Below are positions 37,706 through 49,349 of a DNA stretch of 64,000 bases, one piece after another. The DNA is taken from NCBI RefSeq assembly GCF_963921235.1, contig NC_086097.1:250854001-250918000 (forward strand), read 5' to 3'. Source of the DNA: Mobula hypostoma (taxonomy: Eukaryota). The notes under the pieces were generated by a model that had not been told where the DNA came from, searched no databases, and was given only the letters and a program-made list of their open reading frames with translations. Each line of letters begins with the position of its first letter. Position 1 is the first letter of the stretch. A program made the position numbers and the translations under genes.

Positions 37706-39066
37706 CTGTAATGGGGCGACCAGAACTGAATGCAATAGTTTTATCTAAAATAATTTGTTCTCCTGAAAGTCGAGAAACCTCTGCTTCTCAACACCTGCAG
37801 GAAAGTAAAGACAGGAATATTAACATCATCCTCAATCTGTTTTTTCAGATAAGGTGAGCTTTCGTTGACATTCTCATATACATATTTCAGTTAGTGATAG
37901 GAAACCAGAGGACAAAGAAAATACTCATAGAGTACAGCACAGAAACTGGCCCTTTGGCCCATCTAGTCCAGACCAAACATTTTAAATTGCCATTTCCCAT
38001 TGACCTGCACCAGGACCATAGCCCTCCAATCCATGTACCTATCCAAACTTCTCTTATATGTTGAAATTAAACTCGCATGCAGCAGTTGTGCTGACAGCGC
38101 ATTTTACACTCACAGCACATTCTGAGTGGAAAAGTTCCGCCCATGTTCTCCTTAAACTTAGACCAGAAGACATAGAAGCAGAATAAGATCATCTGGCCCA
38201 TTGAGTCTGCTCCGCCATTCAATCACGGCTGATCCTTTTTTCTATCTCCTCCTTTACCCCAGTTCACGGAATTCTCCCCGTAACCTTTGATGCCACGTCC
38301 AGTCAAGAACCTATCAATCTCTGCCTTAAGTACACCCAACAATCTGGCCTCCACAGCTGCATGTGGCAACAAATTCCACAAATTCACCACCCACTGGCTA
38401 AAGAAATTTCTCCACATCTCTGTTTTGAAAGGGTGCCCCTCTATCCTGAGGGTGTGCCTTCTCGTCCTAGACTCTCCCACGATGGGAAACATCCTTTCCA
38501 CATCTACTCTGTCTAGCCTTTCAATATTCAAAAGGTTTCAATAAGATCTCCCCTCATCCATCTGAATTCCAGCGAGTACAGACCCAGAGCCATCAAACAT
38601 TCCTCGGATGATAACTCTTTCATTCCTGGAATCATCTTTGCGAACCTCCTCTGAATCCTCTCCAATGCCAGCACATCTTTTCTAAGATGAGGGGCCCAAA
38701 ACTGTTCACAATACTCAAGGTGAGGCCTCACCAGTGCCTTATAAAGCCTCAGCATCACATCCTTGCTCTTGTTTTCGAGATCTCTTGAAATGAATGCTAA
38801 CATGGCATTTGCCTCCCTCACCACTGACTCAATCTGCAAGTTAACCTTTAGGGTGTTCTGCACAGGGACTCCCAAGTTCCTCTGCATCTCATATTCCTGG
38901 ATTTTCTCCCTGTTTAGAAAATTGTCTGCACATTTATTTCTACTACCAAAGTGCATGACCATGCATTTTCCAACATTGTATTTCATTTGCCACTTTCTTG
39001 CTCATTTTCCTAATCTGTCTAAGTCCTTCTGCATCCTACCTGTTCGAACAACACTACTTGCCCCTC

Positions 39067-39245
39067 AAATTTGAAAGGGACTTTCAAATCCCTTACTCAC
39101 TCTTCCTTCAGTTAGTCCTGACGAAGGGTCTCAGCCTGAAACGTCGACTGCACCTCTTCCTATAGATGCTGCCTGGCCTGCTGCGTTCACCAGCAACTTT
39201 GATGTGTGTTGCTTGAATTTCCAGCATCTGCAGAATTCCTATTGT
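39067..39245 (+). mobile_element. Short Penelope terminal-repeat insertion inside a CR1
   Basis: Homologous to the PLE 3' end; flanking duplication TTGCCCCTC at 39058-39066 and 39246-39254. Confidence 0.85.
39114..39149 (+). ncRNA. Minimal type I hammerhead ribozyme motif (Penelope-derived)
   Basis: AGTC-CTGACGA-AGGGTCTCAGCCT-GAAAC-GTC-GACT: core boxes intact, stem I AGTC/GACT, palindromic ACGT stem III. Confidence 0.75.
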
Positions 39246-39896
39246 TTGCCCCTCCACCAATCTTCATATTATCTGCAAACTTGTCAACAAAGTTGTCAAC
39301 TAAGCCATCTATTCCATCATCTAAATCATTGATATACAGCATTAAAAAGAAGTGGTCCCAATAACAACCCTGCCAAACACCACTAGTCACTGGCAGCCAA
39401 CCAGAAAAGGATCCTTTTATTCCCACTCACTGCCTCCTACCAAACAGCCAATGCTCTAACCATGTTAGTAACTTTCCTGTAATACCATGAGCTCTTAACT
39501 TGGTAAGCACCCTCATGTGTGGCACCTTGTCAAAGGCCTTCTGATAGTCCAAATATACAACATCCACTGCATCTCTTTATCTATCCTACTTGTAACCACC
39601 TCGAAGAATTCCAACAGGTTCATCTGTCAGGATTTTCCCTGAAGGAAACCATGTTGACTTTGTACTATCTTGTTCTGTGTCACCAAGTACTCCATCACCC
39701 CATCCTCATCAATTCACTCTAACATCTTCTCAACCACTGAGGTCAGGCTAACAGGTCGATAATTTCCTTTCTGTTGCCTTCCTCCTTTCTTAAAGAGTGG
39801 AGTGACATTTGCAATTTTCCAATCCTCTGGCACCATGCCAGAGTCCAATGAATTTTGAAAGATCATTACTACTGCCACCACAATCTCTTTCGGAAC

Positions 39897-40455
39897 CTTG
39901 TTGTTTGTCCATCATTGACGTCGATGAGGACCTCGACACCATTATGATGGTGTCGAGACTAGCGCGTGATTTGGATTTAAGTGATGGAGAGTTGCACAGC
40001 GTCAGCCTCACTCTCTCTTCCCAATTCCCATCTGGATCCAGTGGCAAGACAGAGTCTAGACGGCTGGAGATGGGACTAGGCGCAGTGGATGACCAGGACG
40101 CCTTCTGTGTCTTGTCCTGCTCTACACGTTCCACGATGCTTGCAGAGACCGCCTTCTTGACCGTTGGACCTTCCGCTGGTCTCGTCCGCTCAATCCGCCG
40201 GAGTCTGTCTTCACATGCTGGGATAGACAACTCCCTATCTCACTGAGGGTTTGAGACCCGTCGGCTACCCTCACCTGGTTTAGCCGGCTTGTCGAAGCTG
40301 TTGTCCGGGGTGTGGCCACTGTCGCATGCAAACAGCTGCAGGGAGCCACAGGTGAGAGCTGAGTGCCAGGTGGGGACCAAAGGTGGACTAACCGCCCTGA
40401 AAAGGACGCGACATGTTCCCCCACCAGAGGTGCTACCCCTCCCTGGCACCCCATA
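39897..40455 (-). mobile_element. Non-autonomous RTE-type (SINE-like) element with HDV-like 5' end and CAA tail
   Basis: Interrupts the CR1 at ggaacc|ctaagggtgcag; minus-strand end ...gatggacaaacaacaa; no credible ORF. Confidence 0.7.
40270..40452 (-). ncRNA. Putative HDV-like self-cleaving ribozyme at the 5' end of an RTE-type insert
   Basis: Hand fold: P1 GGGGUG/CACCCC, P2 CUCACCUG/CAGGUGAG, P3 UGGC/GCCA, L3 starting UCCC, P1.1 GG, P4 CAGCUU-cgac-AAGCCG, J4/2 GCUAA, all in canonical order. Confidence 0.6.
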
Positions 40456-43361
40456 CACCCTAAGGGTGCAGTTCATCTGGTCTTTCAGCTTTTTGAGCCC
40501 CTTCTCTTTTGTAACAGTAACTGCACTTCACTTCATTCACACACTACAACATCAGGCATACTGCTAGTGTCTTCCACAGTGAAGACTGATGCAAAATAAT
40601 CACCTAGTTCAGCAGCCATCTCCTTGTCCCCCATTATTATTTCTCCTACCTCATTTTCTAGCGGTCCTATATCCACTCTCATCTCTCTTTTATTTTTAAC
40701 ATACTTGAAAAAACTTTTACTATCCACTTCAATATTATTTGCTTTCATATTTCATCTTTTCCCTTCTAATGATTTTTTTAGGTCTTAAAAAATTTCGCAA
40801 TCCTCTATATTCCCACTAATTTATACTTTGTTGTATGTCCTTTGTTTTGCTTATACAATAGCTTTGACTTCTCTTGCCAGCCATGCTTGTACTATTTTAC
40901 CATTTGAGTATTTCTTCATTTTTGGAATACACATGTCCTGCACCTTCCTCATTTTTCCCAGAAACGCACGCCATTGCTGCTCTGCTGACATCCCTGCCAG
41001 CAGCTCCTTCCAATTTACTTTGACCAACTCCTCTCTCAAACCACTGTAATTTCCTTTACTCCACTGAAATACTGCTACATCAGACTTTACTTTCTCCCTA
41101 TCAAATTTCAAGTTGAACACAATCATATTGTGATCACTGGTTCCTAAGGGTTCTTTTACCTTAAGCTCCCTAATCGCCTCTGGTTCGTTACATAACACCC
41201 AATCCAGTACAGCTGATCCCCTAGTAGCTCAATGAGAAACTGCTCTAAAAAGCTATCTCTTAGGTTTTCAACAAACTCACTCTCTTGAGATATGTTATCA
41301 ACCTGATTTTCCCATTCGACCTGCATGTTAAAATCTCCCATGACGACCATAACATTGCCAATTGACTCGCTTTTTCTATTTCCTGTTGTAACCTGTGGTC
41401 CACCACCCAGCCACTGTTGGGAGGCCTGTATATGTCTGCCATCAATGTCCTTTTACCCTTGCAGTTTCTTAACTCAACCCACAAAGATTCAACATCTTCC
41501 GATCCCATGTCACATCTTTCTGCTGATTTGATGCCATTCTTTACCAGTAGAGCCACACCACCCCCTCCGCCTACCTTCCTATCCCTCCAATATAACGTGT
41601 AACCTTGGACATTCAGCTCCCAACTACAACCATCCTTCAGCCACAACATCATACCTGGCAATCTGTAATATTGCAACAAGATCGTCCACCTCATTTCTGA
41701 TACTACGTGCATTTAGATACAACACCCTGAGTATCATATTTACTATCCTTTCTGACTCTGCATCCCTAATGAATTGATACTCAGCCTGATAGCTGCAACT
41801 AAGTCCCATCACCTGCCTGCTCTTCCTGACAGTCTGACTGCACACTATCTTTGCTTTTTTACCATCTGTCCTTCCCTGAGTCCCTTCACTCCAGTTTCCA
41901 CCCCCCCCCGCCAAATTACTTTAAACCCTCCCTAACAGCTCTAACAAACCTGCCCGCGAGGATATTGCCTGCCCCCCTGGGTTCAGGTGCAACCCGTCAC
42001 TTCTGAAGAGGTCATACCTCCCCCAGAAGAGATCCCAGTTATCCAAGAACCTGAAGCCCTGCCCCCTGCACCAGCTTCTCAGCCACGCAATTATTTGCCA
42101 AATCATCCTGTTTCTACCCTCACTGGCACGTGACACAGGTAGCAATCCAGAAATTACAACCCAGGAGGTCCTGCTTCTCAGCTTTCTACCTAGGTCTCTA
42201 AATTCTCGTTTCAGGACATCATTGCTTTTCCTTCCTATGTTATTGGTACCAATACGTATCAAGACAACTGGCTGCTCCCTCTCCCTCTCCAAAATGTCGT
42301 CGATGCGATCTGAGGCATCCCTGGCCCTGGCACCTGGGAGGCAACATACCATCCGGGTATCCCATTCACATCCACAGAATCTCCTGTCTGTTCCCCTCAC
42401 TCCTGAGTCCCCTATCACTACCACTCCCCTCTTCTCTCTCTTTCCCCTCTGCACCATGGACCCATGCTCAGTGCCTGTAATCCGGTCGCCATGGCATTCC
42501 CCCGGGAGGTCATCCCCCACCAAAGTATCCAAAGCAGTACACTTGTTTTTGAGGGGAATGGCCACAGGGGTGCTCTGCTCTAACTGCCTATTTCCATTTC
42601 TCCTGACAGTCACTCAGCTGCTCACCTCCTGCAACTTATCACCTTTCACCCTTAACCCATGACCTCTAGTTGTAGTCTCACCCAGCCTCAGTGAAAAAAG
42701 GCTGCTTGCATTTACCCTATCTATACCCCTCATATTTTGGTGTACCTCGGTCAAATCTCCCATCAGTCTTCTATGTTCTAGGGAATAAAGTTTCTACCTA
42801 TTCAATCTTTCCTTGTAACTCAGGTCGTCCAGTTGCAGACTGAGACTGAGGTGAGAGTTCCTCCAGATTTTTCTGCTGATCAACAGAACCGAACTTATAT
42901 CCCCTGCTTCCCTGAAAATCTGAAATTCTATTGATCCCTGTAGTAGAGCAGAGAGCACAACATTTCACAGTGCCGGTGCTCTTGATTGGCATTCCAATTC
43001 CTGCTGCTGCTTGTAAGGAATTTGAATGTTCTCCCTGTAACCGGGTGGGTTTCCTCCGGGAGCTCGTTTCCTCCCACATTTCAAAGATGTACGGGTTAGT
43101 AAATTGTGGGTATGCTATGTCAGCATTGGAAGTGGCCCCCAGCCCCCAGATTCCCGTCTGTGTTGGTCGTTGACACAAACGCACAGTTCACTGTATATTT
43201 TGATGCACGTGCAACAAATCCTGTCTTGACCGAGTCTCCACACCATTCTCAGACTGAAAATTCCAAAGATTCACAATCCTCTAGGAGAAGAAATTTCCTT
43301 TCAAGTCTGATGACTGATGTTATGACAGATACCCTTGTTCGAGATGTCTCTCCAAGAATTG

Positions 43362-43575
43362 TTACCTTGTTGTTGTGGAGAGGCCTGTGAGTTCCTCAGA
43401 TCCCAAGATCGATGCTGTCTGGAGTTCAGCCATCTGGCACTTAGCTCCTGGTAGGGCCACCCATGGAGTTGAGTCAAGGTGGTGGTTCCAAACAGCAATC
43501 CAACCAAGTCCTCAACAGTGGAGCTGGCAGAAGGTGATGACACATCACAACGGCAGTAAAGGTGAAGGATCCCCA
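43362..43575 (+). mobile_element. RTE-like 5' UTR fragment
   Basis: ccttgttgttgtggagaggcctgtg...ctggtagggccacccatgg resembles recalled RTE/BovB/Expander 5' regions. Confidence 0.5.
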
Positions 43576-43797
43576 GTCGTATTGCATTCCATATTTAATG
43601 CAGCAGTTGATAGGTTCTTGATTAGTCAGAGTGTGAAAGGTTATGGGGAGAATGGGATTGAGAGGGATAATAAATCAGCCATGATGGAATGGTGGAGCAG
43701 ACCTGATAGGCCAAGTGGCCTAATTCTGTTCCTATATCTTATGGTATTTGGGGAAGTGCATTCAGATAACAAATATCATAGAGTTAGACAAACAAAC

Positions 43798-43864
43798 CTG
43801 TAGTTAGCAGTCGGTAAATGTGCACAGGCCTCCTTTGACCATCTCTCCAGACTCTGGCCATTGC
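43798..43864 (-). CDS. RAD54B: RAD54B exon, helicase motif VI
   Basis: 67 nt, AMARVWRDGQRRPVHIYRLLTT(G). Acceptor tttctttctgaag, donor G|GTTTGT. In frame with both neighbours; not in the ORF track. Confidence 0.95.
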
Positions 43865-44067
43865 CTTCAGAAAGAAAAACGCAATTAATTTAAAATTCAA
43901 CTGGGACAAAAGCAACAACTGAATAGTTCAGTCTCTACCGTAGTCAGATTAAAAATTGTATTTTAAACTTCCAATTACCTTTGGCACAGTGCACCTTTTA
44001 AAATATAATGATGTTTAATAAGTCTGTGTGCACAGACAATGAAGCTCCAATAGATAGTGCTTTAGGT

Positions 44068-45263
44068 CAGCGGTCCCCAACCACCGGGCCGCAAAGCATG
44101 CGCTACCGGGCTGCGAGGAAACAATATGATTTGGCGATCTGAGTCAGCTGCACCTTTCTTCATTCCCTGTCACGGCCACTGTTGAGCTTGAACACATGCG
44201 AGGTCATTACTCACGCGTCATCCATGTTAGCGCAGGAAGGAGATCAACTCCTCGAGCTTGCAAATGACGGTGGGCTGAAAAGTATGTTTGACATAACATC
44301 TCTGCTGGCATTCTGGATCAAAGTCAAGGCTAAATATCCTGAGATAGCCATTGAAAGCACTGAAAATGTTGCTTCCATTTCCAACATATCTCTGCAATGA
44401 ATGCAACGTAAACTAAATTGCGGAATAGACTGGACATAAGGAACTCCCTTCGAGTATCGCTGTCTCCCATCACCCCTCGATGGCACCGTCTTGTTGCAGG
44501 GAAACAAGCCCAGGGCTCCCACTGATTCAGTGATATTGGTGTGTTGCAATGATTTTATATGTTCATACAGGGAAAATATGTCCTGTGTGTTTAATATCCA
44601 AACGTTACTTAAAATGTTATGATGCTATTGACTTATAAGTGACTTATATAACCATATAACAATTACAGCACGGAAACAGGCCACCTCGGCCCTTTTAGTC
44701 TGTGCCGAACGCTACTCTCACCTAGTCCCACCGACCTGCACTCAGCCCATAACCCTGCATTCCTTTCCTGTCCATATACCTATCCAATTTTTCTTTAAAT
44801 GATAATATCGAACCTGCCTCTACCACTTCTACTGGAAGTTCGTTCAACACTTACTTCAAGCTCCCCTGTCCCCCCCGATAATTGACATCACTATATTCAT
44901 GTGAGGAAAATATGCGCTGTGTGTTTAATATTAAATTCGTTAGATAAACCCTTTTAGAAATGAAATTGAGTGTATTAGCTACTTATCACCTATATTCCGG
45001 TCGTGATTAACACCCCCACCCCCGAACAGAATCGCCAAAAACGATTTGTAGAAAAAAATCGGCATATACACGCATGCGCACTGGTGCCCGTGCAAGGCTT
45101 CATGGTCATGGTCGTCTTTCTTGGGGTAAACACAACATATTGACTGCTACCCTTGTCCGTTGGCAACCCTACCCCGCCCACCCCCCCTCCCCCGGTTGGC
45201 CGGTCCGCAAGAATATTGTCAATATTAAACCGATCCGCAGTGCAAAAAGGTTGGGGACCCCTG
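44068..45263 (+). mobile_element. hAT (Charlie-like) non-autonomous DNA transposon with transposase dimerisation-domain remnant
   Basis: TIRs CAGCGGTCCCCAACC / GGTTGGGGACCCCTG; exact 8-bp TSD CTTTAGGT at 44060-44067 and 45264-45271; FWIKVKAKYPEIA and KLRNRLDI...QAQGSH*; internal CR1 tail at about 44650-44850. Confidence 0.93.
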
Positions 45264-47275
45264 CTTTAGGTAATCGCATTCAAGTTCATTGTCATCTGAG
45301 TGTACAGGTGGCACGGTGGCGTGGTGGTTTGTACAATGCTTTACATTTTAGGTGACCCGGGTTCAATTCTCATTGCTGCCTGTCAGGAGTATATACATTC
45401 TCCCATGGCCATGAGGGTTTCCTCCTGCAGACGTACCGGTCGGTAGGTTAATTGGTTCATTAGTCATTGTAAATTGTCCTGTGACTCGGCTAGGATGAAA
45501 TCAAGGATTGCTGGGTTGCACGGCTCGAAGAGCCTTAGGGGCCAATTCCTTGCTTTATCTAAATAAATAAAATACAGCACTGTGCAAACATCTTAGGCAC
45601 ATATACATAGCTAGGGTACCTAAGACTTTTGCACAGTACTGTAAATTGGTTAAAATTGGAAGGTGGCTGGAAAACAGAAAGAAGAGTACTTAGCTTTTTA
45701 TTAGCTCAGTAGTGTTATTTCATGACTGGAAAGACATAATATACAGTACTGTGCAAAAGTCTTATGCACCCTGGCTATGTATATGTGCCAAAGACTTTTG
45801 CACAGTACTGCATATGAAACCAAATAAACAACATTTCTCTGGAGCACATATATCATACACATAGAATGAAATATTAGAAACATAGAAAACCTACAACGCA
45901 GAGTTGTGCTGAACATGTGCCTACCTCAGAAATTACTAGGCTTACCCATAGCCCTCTATTTTTCTAAGCTCCATGTACCTATCCAAAAGTCTCTTAAAAG
46001 ACCCCATCGGATCCGCCTCCACCACCGTTGCCGGCAGCCCATTCCACACACTCACTACTCTCTATGAGTTAAAAACTTACCCCTGACATCTCCTCTGTAC
46101 CTACTCCCCAGCACCTTAAACCTGTGTCCTCTTGTGGCAACCATTTCAGCCCTGGGAAAAAGCCTCTGACTATCCACACGATCAATGCCTTTCATCATCT
46201 TGTACACCTCTATCAGGTCACCTCTGATCCTCCGTCGCTCCAAGGAGAAAAAGCTGAGTTCACTCAACCTATTCTCATAAGGCATGCTCCCCAATCCAGG
46301 CAACATCCTTCTAAATCTCCTCTGCACCCTTTCAATGGTTTCCGTGTCCTTTCTGTAGTGAGGTGACCAGAACTGAGCACAGTACTCCAAGTGGGGTCTG
46401 ACCAGGGTCCTATATAGCTGCAACATTACCCCTCGGCTCCTAAATTCAATTCCACGATTCATGAAGGCCAATACACTGTACGCCTATTACCATAGCAAGT
46501 TAATAAAATCTAATTCAAAATGCATGTGTAGTGTGCAGCACAGGTAAACAGTAAACAGGTCGCTGTTCTAGTGATGAGACCTCGGTGCTGGCAGGGTAGT
46601 CATTAGTCTCACAGTCCAAGGGAAGAAACTGTTGTCCAGTCTGGCAGTTCTAGTCCTGGTGTTCCTGTACCTACTTCCTGATGGTAGTAGATCAAAGAGA
46701 TTGTAGGATGCATGGCAGTCATAGAGTCATCGAGAAGTACAGTACAGAAACAGGCCATTCGGCCCATCAAGTATATGCTGAAACTATTTAGACTGCCTAC
46801 TCACATTGACCTGCACCGGGACCCTAGCCCTCCAACCACTACGATCCATGTATCTATCCAAATTTCTCTCAAACGTTGACATCGAACTCGCATGCACCAC
46901 TTGTGCTGGCAGCTCGTTCCACACTCTCACCACTCTCTGAGTGAAGAAATTTCCCCTCATGCTCCCCTTAAGTTTCTTCAGATACGTAAAGTGTAAAAGA
47001 GAGGCGAGAGTGGACATCAGAACGCTGGAAAACGATGCTGGAGAGGTAGTAATGGGGGACAATAGATGCTGCTTGGCCTGCTGCGTTCACCAGCAACTTT
47101 GATGTATGTTGCAAGTATTTTACATCTGTCTTCACTGTGGAAAACACCAACATTATCATGGAAGCTCCAGGTGTCAGGGGTCACGAAGTGTATGAAGTTA
47201 TCATTACTAGCGAGAAAGCTCTTGGGAAACTGTAAGTTCTAAAGGTAGATAAGTCACCTGGACCGGATGGTGTAA

Positions 47276-49349
47276 CATAGAAACATAGAAACATAGAAAA
47301 TAGGTGCAGGAGTAGGCCATTCGGCCCTTCGAGCCTGCACTGCTATTTATTATGATCATGGCTGATCATCCAACTCAGAACCCTGCACCAGCCTTCCCTC
47401 CATACCCCCTGATCCCCGTAGTCACAAGGGCCATATCTAACTCCCTTTTAAATATAGCCAATGAACCAGCCTCAACTGTTTCCTGTGGCAGAGAATTCCA
47501 CAGATTCACCACTCTCTGTGTGAAGAAGTTTTTCCTAATCTCAGTCCTAAAAGGCTTCCCCTTTATCCTCAAACTGTGACCCCTCGTTCTGGACTTCCCC
47601 AACATCGGGAACAATCTTCCTGCATCTAGCCTGTCCAATCCCTTTAGGATTTTATACGTTTCAATCAGATCCCCCCTCAATCTTCTAAATTCCAACGAGT
47701 ACAAGCCCAGTTCATCCAGTCTTTCTTCATATGAAAGTCCTGCCATCCCAGGAATCAATCTGGTGAACCTTCTTTGTACTCCCTCTATGGCAAGGATGTC
47801 TTTCCTCAGATTAGGGACCAAAACTGCACACAATACTCCAGGTGTGGTCTCACCAAGGCCTTGTACAACTGCAGTAGTACCTCCCTGCGACTGTATTCCA
47901 ATCCTCTCGCTATAAATGCCAGCATACCATTCGCCTTTTTCACCGCCTGCTGTACCTACATGCCCACTTTCAATGACTGGTGTATAATGACACCCAGGTC
48001 TCGTTGCACCTCCCCTTTTCCTAATCGGCCACCATTCAGATAATAATCTGTTTTCCTATTTTTGCCACCAAAGTGGATAACTTCACATTTATCCACATTA
48101 AATTGCATCTGCCATGAATTTGCCCACTCACCCAACCTATCCAAGTCACCCTGCATCCTCTTAGCATCCTCCTCACAGCTAACACTGCCGCCCAGCTTCG
48201 TGTCATCCGCAAACTTGGAGATGCTGCATTTAATTCCCTCATCCAAGTCATTAATATATATTGTAAACAACTGGGGTCCCAGCACTGAGCCTTGCGGTAC
48301 CCCACTAGTCACTGCCTGCCATTCTGAAAAGGTCCCGTTTATTCCCACTCTTTGCTTCCTGTCTGCTAACCAATTCTCTATCCACATCAATACCTTACCC
48401 CCAATACCATGTGCTTTGCACGCTAATCTCCTGTGTGGGAACTTGTCAAAAGCCTTTTGAAAATCCAAATATACCACATCCACTGGTTCTCCCCTATCCA
48501 CTCTACTAGTTACATCCTCAAAAAATTCTATGAGATTCGTCAGACATGATTTTCCTTTCACAAATCCATGCTGACTTTGTCCGATCATTTCACCGCTTTC
48601 CAAATGTGCTGTTATCACATCTTTGATAACTGACTCCAGCAGTTTCCCCACCACCGACGTTAGGCTAACCGGTCTATAATTCCCCAGTTTCTCTCTCCCT
48701 CCTTTTTTAAAAAGTGGGGTTACATTAGCCACCCTCCAATCCTCAGGAACTAGTCCAGAATCTAACGAGTTTTGAAAAATTATCACTAATGCATCCACTA
48801 TTTCTTGGGCTACTTCATTAAGCACTCTGGGATGCAGACCATCTGGCCCTGAGGATTGATCTGCCTTTAATCCCTTCAATTTACCTAACACCACTTCCCT
48901 ACTAACATGTATTTCGCTCAGTTCCTCCATCTCACTGGACCCTCTGTCCCCTACTATTTCTGGAAGATTATTTATGTCCTCCTTAGTGAAGACAGAACCA
49001 AAGTAATTATTCAATTGGTCTGCCATGTCCTTGCTCCCCATAATCAATTCACCTGTTTCTGTCTGTAGGGGACCTACATTTGTCTTTACCAGTCTTTTCC
49101 TTTTTACCTATCTATAAAAGCTTTTACAGTCAGTTTTTATGTTCCCTGCCAGTTTTCCCTCATAATCTTTTTTCCCCTTCCTAATTAAGCCCTTTGCCCT
49201 CCTCTGCTGAACTCTGAATTTCTCCCAGTCCTCAGGTGAGCCACTTTTTCTGGCTAATTTGTATGCTTCTTCTTTGGAATTGATACTATCCCTAATTTCT
49301 CTTGTCAGCCACGGGTGCACTACCTTCCTTGATTTATTCTTCTGCCAAA
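47276..49349 (-). mobile_element. Relatively young 5'-truncated CR1 inserted into an older plus-strand CR1 (about 46965-47275 and 49350-50400)
   Basis: 363-aa and 152-aa RT ORFs; acatagaa tail repeat at 47276-47298; the host reads PGPDGV|HPRVLK across the insertion. Confidence 0.92.

Larger units (their letters stand above)
38160..42635 (-). mobile_element. Near full-length decayed CR1 containing two short insertions
   Basis: ORF1 esterase at 41921-42613, APE at about 41000-41730, RT fragments at 38223-40750. Confidence 0.9.

Noticed and set aside
39790..40567. Overlapping 78-146 aa ORFs on both strands
   Set aside because: No recognisable domains; they span TE junctions and arise from GC-rich non-coding sequence.
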